A stretch of 62,182 nucleotides of DNA, the filler included, from a bacterium (lineage in GTDB: Bacteria; JBDRGX01): NCBI GenBank assembly GCA_043817485.1. It is 8 parts of 8 records of this genome, joined end to end, with 100 filler letters (N's around TTAATTAATTAA, not from the genome) between each part and the next. Parts side by side here need not be neighbours in the genome. Positions count along the whole stretch, not along the records: positions 1 to 19,199 come from JBDRGX010000018.1; 7 more parts are not named here. One strand, 5' to 3'. Positions within the stretch are counted from its first letter, which is position 1, and the number at the start of each line of letters is the position of its first letter. A program made the translations under genes and the position numbers. This document shows positions 1 to 9,754 of the stretch, piece by piece. The notes under the pieces were generated by a model, which saw nothing but the letters and a program-made list of their open reading frames with translations, had not been told where the DNA came from and ran no database searches.

Positions 1-27
1 TAAATTTATACTTTAATATTAAAAACT

Positions 28-2979
28 TTACCATTTCAAAGTATTTTGCCAAGATTCTTTTAAATCCCAAATATTTGCTTTAATTAAAATATTTTCTTTT
101 AAGCCCTTAATAACCAATTCATTAGAATTATTTACTTTTCCTATTTCTGCTATAATATTTTCAGATAATATTTTTTCAAATTCTTCTTTATTATTATTAG
201 AAATAGTTACAACAAATCTTGAAGGAGTTTCTGAAAAAAGAATTGTAATATCATTTTCTATTTTTGATATTGGTACTTTAGATAAATTAATTTCCATTCC
301 TAATCCACCAGCAAATGAAATTTCAGATAAAGCTACTCCTAAGCCACCATCAGAAATATCATGACAAGATTTTACAAGTTTTTGATTTATTGCTTTGTGA
401 AGATCTTGATAAAGTTTTTTTGCTTTTAAAGCATTTACTTTTGGAACATTATTTCCAATATAATTTATATGATTAAAATATTCTGATCCACCTAATTCAT
501 TAAATGTTTCTCCAAGAATATAAACTAAATCTTCTTCATTTTTTACATCCATTGTAATTGCTAATGTTACATTCTCTATTTTTCCTATAGCAGAAATTAA
601 AATTGTTGGAGGTATAGAAATTTTTATATTTCCAATTTGATAATCATTTTTCATACTATCTTTGCCAGAAATAAAAGGAGTATTAAAACAAATAGCATAA
701 TCATAAAGTGCTTGATTGGATCTAACTAATTGAGCTAATTTATATTTTCCATCTAAATTTTTTTCTGAAACAATTGGATCACACCAACAAAAATTATCTA
801 ATAACGCAATTCTATCTGGATCTCCACCTACTGCTACAATATTTCTAATTGCTTCATCAATAGCACAACCAGTCATATGATAAGTATCGATATCTCCATA
901 TTTAGAACAAATTCCATTAGAAATTACAATTCCCTCAAAAGAATCAAATATTGGTTTAATTATAGAAGCATCACTTGGCCCATCATTGTTTATTCCTGTT
1001 AATGGTTTTATGACACTTGTGCCTTGAACTTCATGATCATATTGTCTTATTATATTTTCTTTACTACATACATTTAATCTTGCTAAAATTTCTTTTAATA
1101 AAGTTGTTAAATTTTTTTCTTCTTTTATGATTGGTTCTGCATAATTTGGCTTTTGCCATTTTGCTTCTAATTGCATTTTAGGTAGCCCATTATGTAAAAA
1201 TTCCATATTTAAAAAAACAGCATATTGATCCTTATATTTTGCAATAAATTTTCCAGAATTAGTAAATTTTCCTATTACAGTAGCTTCTACATCTCTTTTT
1301 TTTGCTAATAATAAAAAAGCATCTTTATTTTCTATTTTAATAACTAATGACATTCTTTCTTGAGATTCAGAAAGTAAAATTTCCCAAGGTTCAAGTCCAG
1401 AATATTTTAAAGGACATTTATCTAAATATATTTCACAACCATTACTAAAACAAGCCATTTCTCCAATAGAAGAAGCTAATCCACCTGCTCCATTATCAGT
1501 AATACAATGATAAAGCCCTAAATTACGAGCTTCTAAAAGAAAATCAAACATTTTCTTTTGAGTAATTGGATCTCCAATTTGAACAGCACTTACTGGAGAA
1601 TCTTCATTCAATTCTTCAGAAGAAAAAGTTGCTCCATGAATACCATCTTTTCCTATTCTTCCACCTATCATTATAATTAAATCTTCTGGATAAGCTGTTT
1701 TTAAATGAGTCCCTTCTCCAAAAAGACTATTTGGCATTATAGAGCCAGTTCCACAATAAACTAATGGCTTTCCTAAAAATCTATCATCAAATACAATACA
1801 TCCATTAACTGTAGGAATACCACTTTTATTTCCACCATGTTCAACTCCTAATCGAACACCCTCAAAAACTCTTTTAGGATGAAGTAATCGAGGAGGAATT
1901 TCTTCTTGATAAAAAGGAGAAGCAAAACAAAATACATTTGTATTAAAAATTAATTTTGCTCCTTTTCCAGTTCCAAAAGAATCTCTATTAACTCCAACAA
2001 TCCCAGTTAAAGCACCTCCATAAGGATCTAATGCAGAAGGAGCATTATGAGTTTCTACTTTAAAAGCAATGTTCCAATTTTCATTAAATTTTACAACTCC
2101 AGCATTATCATGAAAAACAGAAACTAACCAATCAATTTTTTCACCAATTTCATCTGTTGATTTTTTAATATAAGTTTTAAATAAACTATCTATTTCAATA
2201 ATTTTGCCATCTTCTTCATAAGTAATAAAACTATTGAAAATTTTATGTTTACAATGTTCAGACCATGTTTGAGCCAAAATTTCTAATTCTGCATCTAAAA
2301 TTTTTTCTCCTAATCCTATTTTTTGTCTTTCTTCTATAATTTTTGAATTTTTAAAATAATTTTTAATTTGTTGCATTTCTTTTAAACTTAAAGCCAAAAT
2401 TCCTTTTTTGCTTATATTAAGCAATTCTTCATCAGAAATATTCAAATCTATTTCAGCAATTTTTATTTCTTGTTTTATAGAAACAGTTGGAAGAATAATT
2501 TTCATATTTTTTTCAAAATTAGCAAAATTTGTAAATTGCCAATTTTCAATAAGATCATTAGCTAATAATTTAGAACCTATAGTTTTAATTTTTTCTTCTT
2601 TTAAATTACCTTTAAATAAATATTGTTTAGAAGTATAGCAATTAATTTCTTCTCCTGAAATGTCCTTTATTGCTTCTTTTGTTGTTTTTCCAATATTATC
2701 AGTAACACCCGGTTTAAAACTAACTTCAATTAACCAATCAAAATTATTTGCAAGTGGTTTATTATAAGAAGCAATTTGAATAATAGAATCTACAAGAAGT
2801 TCATTTTGAATTTTATCTAATATTTCTTTTTTTAAATCTTTATCAATAGTATAGATTTCAATAATTTTTATTTCAGAAACATTTTTTATTTTTAAATCTT
2901 CATAAATTCTTTTTTGTATTTTTTCACTAGCTGGATTTTTTATTTCTGGTTTTAACATTACTTCAAATTTTATAGCCAT
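28..2979 (-). CDS. purL: Phosphoribosylformylglycinamidine synthase synthetase subunit with fused N-terminal PurS-like region and no glutaminase domain
   Basis: Motifs QTWSEHCKHK, KVETHNAPS, DGIHGATFSS, ITDNGAGG, LSESQERM, ISGKDSM, HDISDGG; GGAG RBS upstream. Confidence 0.95.
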   Translation of the reverse strand: MAIKFEVMLKPEIKNPASEKIQKRIYEDLKIKNVSEIKIIEIYTIDKDLKKEILDKIQNELLVDSIIQIASYNKPLANNFDWLIEVSFKPGVTDNIGKTTKEAIKDISGEEINCYTSKQYLFKGNLKEEKIKTIGSKLLANDLIENWQFTNFANFEKNMKIILPTVSIKQEIKIAEIDLNISDEELLNISKKGILALSLKEMQQIKNYFKNSKIIEERQKIGLGEKILDAELEILAQTWSEHCKHKIFNSFITYEEDGKIIEIDSLFKTYIKKSTDEIGEKIDWLVSVFHDNAGVVKFNENWNIAFKVETHNAPSALDPYGGALTGIVGVNRDSFGTGKGAKLIFNTNVFCFASPFYQEEIPPRLLHPKRVFEGVRLGVEHGGNKSGIPTVNGCIVFDDRFLGKPLVYCGTGSIMPNSLFGEGTHLKTAYPEDLIIMIGGRIGKDGIHGATFSSEELNEDSPVSAVQIGDPITQKKMFDFLLEARNLGLYHCITDNGAGGLASSIGEMACFSNGCEIYLDKCPLKYSGLEPWEILLSESQERMSLVIKIENKDAFLLLAKKRDVEATVIGKFTNSGKFIAKYKDQYAVFLNMEFLHNGLPKMQLEAKWQKPNYAEPIIKEEKNLTTLLKEILARLNVCSKENIIRQYDHEVQGTSVIKPLTGINNDGPSDASIIKPIFDSFEGIVISNGICSKYGDIDTYHMTGCAIDEAIRNIVAVGGDPDRIALLDNFCWCDPIVSEKNLDGKYKLAQLVRSNQALYDYAICFNTPFISGKDSMKNDYQIGNIKISIPPTILISAIGKIENVTLAITMDVKNEEDLVYILGETFNELGGSEYFNHINYIGNNVPKVNALKAKKLYQDLHKAINQKLVKSCHDISDGGLGVALSEISFAGGLGMEINLSKVPISKIENDITILFSETPSRFVVTISNNNKEEFEKILSENIIAEIGKVNNSNELVIKGLKENILIKANIWDLKESWQNTLKW

Positions 2980-3024
2980 ATTACTCCTAATTTTACAAAA
3001 ATTAAAAACAATTTTTTGAAATTT

Positions 3025-4710
3025 TTACATATTATGCATTATATCATTCATCGTAGAATCGCTTATTTTAACAGAAATATCTATTTGTTCATCTCTCCAA
3101 ATTAGTTTTTCATTAATTAATTTCTTAATAATTTGAGCAATTTTATTATAAGTATGTAATTCCTCTACATTTTTATACCCTAATTCAATAAAATTATTTT
3201 CTTCAATTAAAAATAAATATTGAAGAATAGGAGAAATTCCTGGAGGTGCATCTCTATTTTTTTCTATATTTATATTGATAACATCTAATTTTGGCATTTT
3301 TCGTTCTGGAATATTTTTTGCATTAGCTATATTTCTTAATTGTTTATGAAGTTCTAATGTATCATACCAATCTTTACTTAAAACTAAAGCAACATCTAAA
3401 TCATATTCAATATCTCCACTACCAGCACAATGATGCATTGAAGGAGATTCTTTGCTATCTTTTTCATCTAATTTACAACCTTCTTTATCAAGTGAAGAAA
3501 TAGCAAATATTGGACAATTTAGTTTTAAACTTAATTCAGCTAATTTAGTTGAAACAAGATTTATTCTCATTTGTTGATTTACATGACTTCCTTCAATAGG
3601 TATTTTTTGTAAATAATCAACAAATATAGCAATATCATTTGTCCCAAATTCTTGCATTGCATTATATGCATGTGCTTCAATTCGTTCAAAACTTTCTTTT
3701 TGACTACCTTCAATTAAAAATAAATAGTCAGTAAATGTTTTACATTCATCCCATGCTTTTTCAACTCTATCTATAGTATTTGGAATTTTGTATAAATTTT
3801 GTGTTTGTAAAAAAGAAGGACTAATCATACATTCTTTACCTAAAATACGATAAGTTAATATTTTTTGCGTTTGTTCCCAAGAATAATATAAAACTGGAAT
3901 TTTATTATTTTTAGCAAGATATGTAGCTAATATTAAAGAAAAATTAGTTTTACCTCTTCGTGGAGCACCAGCCAACCCATAATAAAAACCTTTTCTTAAT
4001 CCAGATAAAGCATTATTTAGCCCTAAAAAAGGACTTAAGGAAAATCCAATAATATTACTCGTGTTTTCAGAAAATTCTCTTTTTCTAATTTCTTTTTCTA
4101 CTTCATGAAATTTATATTTTACAGGAAGAATTACTTCTTTAAGTTGTTGTTTTTGAGCAATTATTAAACTACGAGAAATTTCTCCAATAAATTCAATTAT
4201 ATCTTTGTCTTTAGAAGGTCCAATATGATTCAAATAATCTTCTATGAATACTTTTAATTGAATTAAATTTTCTCTTCCTACTCGTGTTTTTAAGATTTCA
4301 ACATAAGCCATTGATTCTGATAAATTAGGTGGTGTAATTGCAATTATTTTTTCATAAAATTGTTCTACTTCTGAAGAAAAAAGGTTTCTTGATATAAGTT
4401 CTTTTTTTAAAAAAGTAGCATCTAAATATATTTTTTTATCTTCTTTTTCATATAAATCTATTAAAAGACTACAAATTATTTTTCCAAATTTTGATTTTAT
4501 AAATAAAATTTCAAAACCTTTTGCTAATATTTGTTTTAAAAGAAAATGATCACTTAAAAAACCTGCTATTAAAGAAATTTCTATGTTTTGTGTAGCATTT
4601 TCTTTTTTCTCAATTTCTTCTTGTTGAAGTTTTTTTTGTAATTCTAAATAATCTAATTTTTCATTTAATTTTTTAGTAAAATCTTTTTCGTTATTCTGTT
4701 CTAAAAACAT
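3025..4710 (-). CDS. Divergent DnaB-like (SF4) helicase/ATPase
   Basis: Walker A GAPRRGKT, YSWEQ, Walker B FVDYLQ, GSGDIEYDLD, KNRD. Start placed at ATG 4710 behind a GGAGG RBS. Confidence 0.75.
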   Translation of the reverse strand: MFLEQNNEKDFTKKLNEKLDYLELQKKLQQEEIEKKENATQNIEISLIAGFLSDHFLLKQILAKGFEILFIKSKFGKIICSLLIDLYEKEDKKIYLDATFLKKELISRNLFSSEVEQFYEKIIAITPPNLSESMAYVEILKTRVGRENLIQLKVFIEDYLNHIGPSKDKDIIEFIGEISRSLIIAQKQQLKEVILPVKYKFHEVEKEIRKREFSENTSNIIGFSLSPFLGLNNALSGLRKGFYYGLAGAPRRGKTNFSLILATYLAKNNKIPVLYYSWEQTQKILTYRILGKECMISPSFLQTQNLYKIPNTIDRVEKAWDECKTFTDYLFLIEGSQKESFERIEAHAYNAMQEFGTNDIAIFVDYLQKIPIEGSHVNQQMRINLVSTKLAELSLKLNCPIFAISSLDKEGCKLDEKDSKESPSMHHCAGSGDIEYDLDVALVLSKDWYDTLELHKQLRNIANAKNIPERKMPKLDVININIEKNRDAPPGISPILQYLFLIEENNFIELGYKNVEELHTYNKIAQIIKKLINEKLIWRDEQIDISVKISDSTMNDIMHNM

Positions 4711-4740
4711 TTTAACCTCCATCTTTTAAAATTGAAAATA

Positions 4741-4769
4741 ATTTTACTGATTATCTATTTAATTGTCAA
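4741..4769 (-). promoter_or_regulatory. Sigma70-type promoter for the DnaB-like gene and purL
   Basis: TTGACA-17 nt-TAAAAT on the minus strand, about 30 nt upstream of the ATG. Confidence 0.7.
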
Positions 4770-4830
4770 GTTTTTGTGTATTTTTAAAGTTTTTTTTAAA
4801 CTATTTTATTGGCAAATTCTTTTATTTTAA

Positions 4831-4972
4831 ATAAATTTCATAAAAGTTGCTACTTCTAACCTACCTTTAATAAATCATGATCAAACAGAACTTCCATCAT
4901 TATCTAATTTATCACTTTCTTTGATACTTAAAAAATTAATTGCAAATACAATAAAAAGTAAGGATAAAGTAA
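4831..4972 (+). repeat. Degenerate intergenic copy of 13081-13152 fused to 13271-13343
   Basis: Manual alignment: 7 mismatches in 72 nt, then 2 mismatches in 73 nt, joined at a TTA microhomology. Confidence 0.9.
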
Positions 4973-5065
4973 TTTTTTTTTTATATTCTGTCAATTATTT
5001 TCTGTTGTTATATATAGAAGAAAAAAACACCAACAAAAATTTTCAATTTTTTTTTTTAAAAATCA

Positions 5066-5095
5066 TTGACAATATTATTTTTTTTCGTTTAAAAT
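5066..5095 (+). promoter_or_regulatory. Putative sigma70 promoter of the YeiH/signalling operon
   Basis: TTGACA-18 nt-TAAAAT upstream of AAGGAG RBS and ATG 5177. Confidence 0.5.
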
Positions 5096-5176
5096 AATAT
5101 TTAAAAAATGGATATGGGAAATCTACATATTCAGTTTTGTTAGAAGATTTATAATAAATTTTGAAAGGAGCAAGTT

Positions 5177-6168
5177 ATGAATTTTATTCTACAAGAAAAA
5201 ATTTTTGAAAAAATGTCAGGGTTTATATTGACGATTATAATAGGGTTTATTGCTTTATGGATTGCCAAATTTCATAAAGCATTAGATCCTTTAGTGATAG
5301 GTATTGTATTAGGAATAGTAATAAGGACTTTCTTAGGAGAAAGGCATTACTTTTTATTAGGTTTTGATTTTGCTCCCAAATTCTTTATACCATTAGGCAT
5401 CATTTTTTATGGAATAAATTTGGAGTTTCATAAACTGGCTGCGATACCTGTTATTTTTTGGATTCAGTTAATAATAGGAATTATATTAATTTTTTTAATT
5501 GCTTTGTATTTAGGCAGAAGATTAGGTGCTGGAACCGCAATTCCTCTTTTAATAGCTACAGGAACTGCTATTTGCGGAGCTTCAGCTATTGCAATTGCTA
5601 CACCAATAGTAAAAGCAGATTCTGAAGATACCGGAGCAAGTTTGATAACTATTACCATCTTTGGACTGTTTGGTATGATGGTTTATCCCCTTGTTCTAAC
5701 CTGTTTTACACTTTCTAATACTGAATATGCATTTCTTTGCGGTACTACACTGCATCAGACCGGATTTGTGAAACTTGCTGCCAAAGCTTTGGGGGATGAT
5801 TGTTTGAAGATGGCCATGTCTTAAAAGTGGTAAGAACATTCTTGATAATACCTGTAATTGGATTTCTGTGCTGGTATATTGGAAAAAAAGAAGGGATAAA
5901 GAGAAAACCTATCTTGTATCAGATCCCCTGGTTTATGTGGGTTTTTGTTTTAGTAGGGCTTTTGGCTTCATTTGTTCCTACTTTTGGGCCATTGGCTAAA
6001 ACTTTAAAGCCATGGGCAGGCATATTTTTTACTATGGTTTTAACTAGCATTGGTCTAAAAGTTGACTTCAAGAGGATGCTCAATGTCGGCATATCACCAT
6101 TAATAATAGGTTTGGCTTGCTGGATTGCTGTAATTGGCGTATTTATTTTAGGAAAATTTATTTTTTAA
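5177..6168 (+). pseudogene. YeiH / putative sulfate exporter family membrane protein, frameshifted near 5820
   Basis: GTAICGASAI motif. ORFs 5177-5824 and 5800-6168 join as KMAMS-LKVVRTFL if one T is restored at GTC-TTA. Confidence 0.8.
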
Positions 6169-6180
6169 AAAAAGGTTGGG

Positions 6181-7209
6181 ATGATGAAAAAATTATTAGT
6201 TTTTGGACTGTTAGGAATAATGATTTTTGGCTTTGTCGGATGTGAGCAAGAAGAAGCAAAGAGAATAGATCTTTCTAATAAAGAGGAAGCCAAAACTATT
6301 ATTGGGAAAAATAATAGTAATTCGCAGGTTGAGAAAAATACAGTGGTAATATCCGGTGCATGGGCACTCTATCCTATGGTAATCCGCTGGGCAGAGGAAT
6401 TCAAAAAAAATCATCCAAAGATAAAGTTTGATATTTCTTCAGGCGGTGCTGGCAAAGGAATGTCTGATGCTCTTGCCAATGTAGTTGATATTGGCATGGT
6501 TTCCCGAAAGGTGTTGTTAGAGGAGATTGATAAGAGAGCATATGCTATTGCTGTTACCAAAGATGCTGTAGTTCCTACCATTAATGCTGATAATCCTTAT
6601 CTGAATGCAATTCTCGAAGGAGGGATTAAAAAACAAACATTTATTGATATTTGGATTACTGGTAAAATTACTTCTTGGCAAAAGTTGTTACCTGAAATAA
6701 ATATTGCCAGAAATAATGATATTCACATTTATACCCGTTCTGATGATTGTGGCGCTGCTGAAACATGGGCTGAATATCTTAGTTTTTCACAAAAAGATTT
6801 AAGAGGAACAGGTGTTTACGGTGATCCAGGTGTAGCAGAAATAATAAAAAAAGATCCACTTGGAATAGGATTCAACAATATTAACTATGCTTATGATAGC
6901 AAAACGAAAATGCAAGTTAAGGGTCTGCGGGTGATACCGATTGATCTGAATGATAATGGTAAAATCGATCCAGAAGAAAACTTTTACAACCATCAAAACA
7001 ATTTAATTAAGGCCATCACCAATGGAATTTATCCTTCCCCGCCAGCTCGAGACTTATATTTTGTGACTTATGGCAAGCCAAAGCGGACAGCGGTCGTGGA
7101 ATTTATCAAATGGGTATTAACTGACGGTCAACAATATATAGCAGAATCCGGATATATTAATTTGTCTAAAAACAAGATTATGAAAGAACTGAAAAAAATC
7201 GAAAAATAA
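6181..7209 (+). CDS. PstS-family phosphate-binding lipoprotein
   Basis: Lipobox FVGC; ISGAWALYP, GGAGKG, VDIGMVSR, TRSDDCGAAETW, YPSPPARDLY. Confidence 0.85.
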   Translation: MMKKLLVFGLLGIMIFGFVGCEQEEAKRIDLSNKEEAKTIIGKNNSNSQVEKNTVVISGAWALYPMVIRWAEEFKKNHPKIKFDISSGGAGKGMSDALANVVDIGMVSRKVLLEEIDKRAYAIAVTKDAVVPTINADNPYLNAILEGGIKKQTFIDIWITGKITSWQKLLPEINIARNNDIHIYTRSDDCGAAETWAEYLSFSQKDLRGTGVYGDPGVAEIIKKDPLGIGFNNINYAYDSKTKMQVKGLRVIPIDLNDNGKIDPEENFYNHQNNLIKAITNGIYPSPPARDLYFVTYGKPKRTAVVEFIKWVLTDGQQYIAESGYINLSKNKIMKELKKIEK

Positions 7210-7233
7210 TAACTTTATAAAAAAAAATCAGAA

Positions 7234-9303
7234 ATGGTTAAAAGGAAAGAAATAAAAAAACAAATGGAAAAAAAAGTAAATTTAGGAAATAAAATTATTA
7301 CCACAATAATACTTATTGTTCTATTTTTTGGATTAATTATAACCTTTATTATCAATCAAATATTACCGCAAGCATTAAAAAATGAAACTAAAAAAATAGG
7401 TATAACAATAGCAAAAAATCTTGCTAACCGTAGCGTAATTCCCATATTAGAAAAAAATTTTGTAATACTTAAATATATGGTTGATGAGGAAAAAGAATCC
7501 AATAAAGATGTTGTCTACGCATTTGTTGTAAATTGGAAAAAAGAGGTCGTGGCTCACACTTTTGAAAAAGAATTTCCTGTGGAATTAAAAGATGCTAACC
7601 TTGTTTTTTTTAATCAAATTAATAATATCTGTTTATTAGATACAGAAAAAGGTTTTATTTATGATATCGCTGTTCCTATTATAATAAAGGATGAAAGATT
7701 TGGCATAGTAAGAATTGGAATAACAAATAAAAATATTCAAAAAACAATTAATACATTTCTGGGTATAATTATAGGAACAGTTGTCATCGCGATAATGATG
7801 AGTGTATTCGTTGGATTAATTCTAACTAAAACGATAGTAAAACCAATCAAAGAACTTCATCATGCTACTGAAGAAATACTAAAAGGAAATCTTGATATCA
7901 AAGTCAATGTTCCTCTTATTCCATGCTGGGAGATGAAAAAGTGTGAAAAAAAGGAGTGTCCTGCTTATGGGAAAGGTGATTCTCCTTGTTGGTATATTGT
8001 AGGGACAATGTGTGACAAAGTAGTACAAGGAACTTATGCGAAAAAAACAGGAGATTGTAAAAAATGCGAGGTTTATCAGGAATATTCAGGCGATGAAGTA
8101 CAGCAATTAGGAGAAACCTTCAATATAATGGTAGCTAATATTAAAAATGCAAAAACAGAACTTGAGAAAAAAATTATAGAACGAACAAATGAACTTCAAA
8201 AATCTGAAAACCGATTTAAAGATATTGCTTTTAGTTTGGTTGATTGGATATGGGAGGTTGATGAAAAAGGGGTGTACACATATTGCTCAATGAAAATTAA
8301 AGACATTTTGGGTTATACTGAAGAAGAGATTATCGGAAAAACCCCATTTGATTTAATGCCACCAATGGAAGCTGAAAAAATTGGAAAAATATTTTCTGAA
8401 ATAGTAAAAAACAAGAAACCAATCAAGGACTTAGAAAATTTAAACTTGTCCAAAGATGGTAGACAAGTCTATTTTCTTACAAATGGTGTTCCAATATTAG
8501 ATGAACGGGGAAATTTAAAGGGCTACCGCGGAGTGGATAAAGATATTACTGAACGAAAACAAGCAGAGGTCGAATTAAAAACACACACAGAAACTCTTGA
8601 AAGCGTAAATAAAGAACTGGATTCGTTTGTCTATACTGCTTCACATGACTTAAAAGAACCTTTAAGAGGAATAGATACCTTTAGTCAATTTATATTAGAA
8701 GATTATTCTGATAAATTAGATGATACTGGGAAGGACTATTTGAAACGAATTTCTGCGAGTATTAATAGAATGCAAAATTTAATTGATGACTTACTTGCTT
8801 TATCAAGAATTTCAAGAATAAAAAATCCCTATACTTCAGTTGATTCTGGCAATCTTGTTAAATCGGTAATTAAACGCTTAAAATATTTTGTTGAAGAAAA
8901 AAATGTAAAGATAGAAATAGATGATGAATTGCCATTTATTTTTTGTGATGAAGTAAAAATAAAAGAAGTTTTTTATAACCTTATTTTAAATGCTATTAAA
9001 TATAATAATAAATCAAATCCAGAAATTGAAATAGGAGTAGTTGTTAACAACCAAATACCAACAACCGAACATCAATTTTTTATTAGGGATAACGGTATTG
9101 GTATTCCCAAAGAACATTTTGAAACAATATTTCAGATTTTTAAACGACTTCATGCTCGTGATGAATATGGTGGTGGTACAGGAGCTGGACTTGCCATTGT
9201 CAAAAAAATTATAGATGAGCATAATGGAAAAATTTGGCTAAAATCAGAAGAAAGCAAAGGAACTACTTTCTTCTTTACAATATCTAAAAAGGAGAAAAAC
9301 TAA
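7234..9303 (+). CDS. Membrane sensor histidine kinase (TM-sensor-TM-HAMP with Cys-rich insert-PAS-HisKA-HATPase)
   Basis: Two hydrophobic TMs, HAMP, PAS (DWIWEVD...GVDKDITERK), H-box ASHDLKEPL, N/G boxes NAIKY, DNGIG, GTGAGL. Confidence 0.93.
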   Translation: MVKRKEIKKQMEKKVNLGNKIITTIILIVLFFGLIITFIINQILPQALKNETKKIGITIAKNLANRSVIPILEKNFVILKYMVDEEKESNKDVVYAFVVNWKKEVVAHTFEKEFPVELKDANLVFFNQINNICLLDTEKGFIYDIAVPIIIKDERFGIVRIGITNKNIQKTINTFLGIIIGTVVIAIMMSVFVGLILTKTIVKPIKELHHATEEILKGNLDIKVNVPLIPCWEMKKCEKKECPAYGKGDSPCWYIVGTMCDKVVQGTYAKKTGDCKKCEVYQEYSGDEVQQLGETFNIMVANIKNAKTELEKKIIERTNELQKSENRFKDIAFSLVDWIWEVDEKGVYTYCSMKIKDILGYTEEEIIGKTPFDLMPPMEAEKIGKIFSEIVKNKKPIKDLENLNLSKDGRQVYFLTNGVPILDERGNLKGYRGVDKDITERKQAEVELKTHTETLESVNKELDSFVYTASHDLKEPLRGIDTFSQFILEDYSDKLDDTGKDYLKRISASINRMQNLIDDLLALSRISRIKNPYTSVDSGNLVKSVIKRLKYFVEEKNVKIEIDDELPFIFCDEVKIKEVFYNLILNAIKYNNKSNPEIEIGVVVNNQIPTTEHQFFIRDNGIGIPKEHFETIFQIFKRLHARDEYGGGTGAGLAIVKKIIDEHNGKIWLKSEESKGTTFFFTISKKEKN

Positions 9304-9305
9304 AA

Positions 9306-9746
9306 ATGGAAAATACATTAAAACAGATTCCCATTTTAATTATTGATGATAATGAAGATGACATTTTTATCCTCCAAAGGGCATTTAAAAGGGTAAAAAT
9401 ATTAAATGAAATTTTTGTTGTTCGATCAGGAGAAGAAGCGGTTGATTTTATTTATCATCAAGGTAAATACGCTGATAAAAAATCACCTACTCCTGGACTT
9501 ATATTACTTGATATTTCAATGCCCAAAATTGATGGATTTGCTGTGCTTAAAAAACTTAAAGCCGATCCAATTTATAAAAAAATACCAGTCATAATGCTTA
9601 CGACTTCCAGTCGTGAAGAAGATATAGTAAGAAGTTATGAAGACGGTGCTTGTTCATATATAACTAAACCAACAGATTTCAATGAGTTTATGAAAGCAAT
9701 AGAGCGGTTTGAAGTCTATTGGACACTTGTAGTAAAGATACCGTAG
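9306..9746 (+). CDS. Single-domain response regulator (Rcp1-like)
   Basis: ILIIDD, LLDISMP, MLTTS, YITKP. Confidence 0.9.
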   Translation: MENTLKQIPILIIDDNEDDIFILQRAFKRVKILNEIFVVRSGEEAVDFIYHQGKYADKKSPTPGLILLDISMPKIDGFAVLKKLKADPIYKKIPVIMLTTSSREEDIVRSYEDGACSYITKPTDFNEFMKAIERFEVYWTLVVKIP

Positions 9747-9754
9747 AATAAAAA

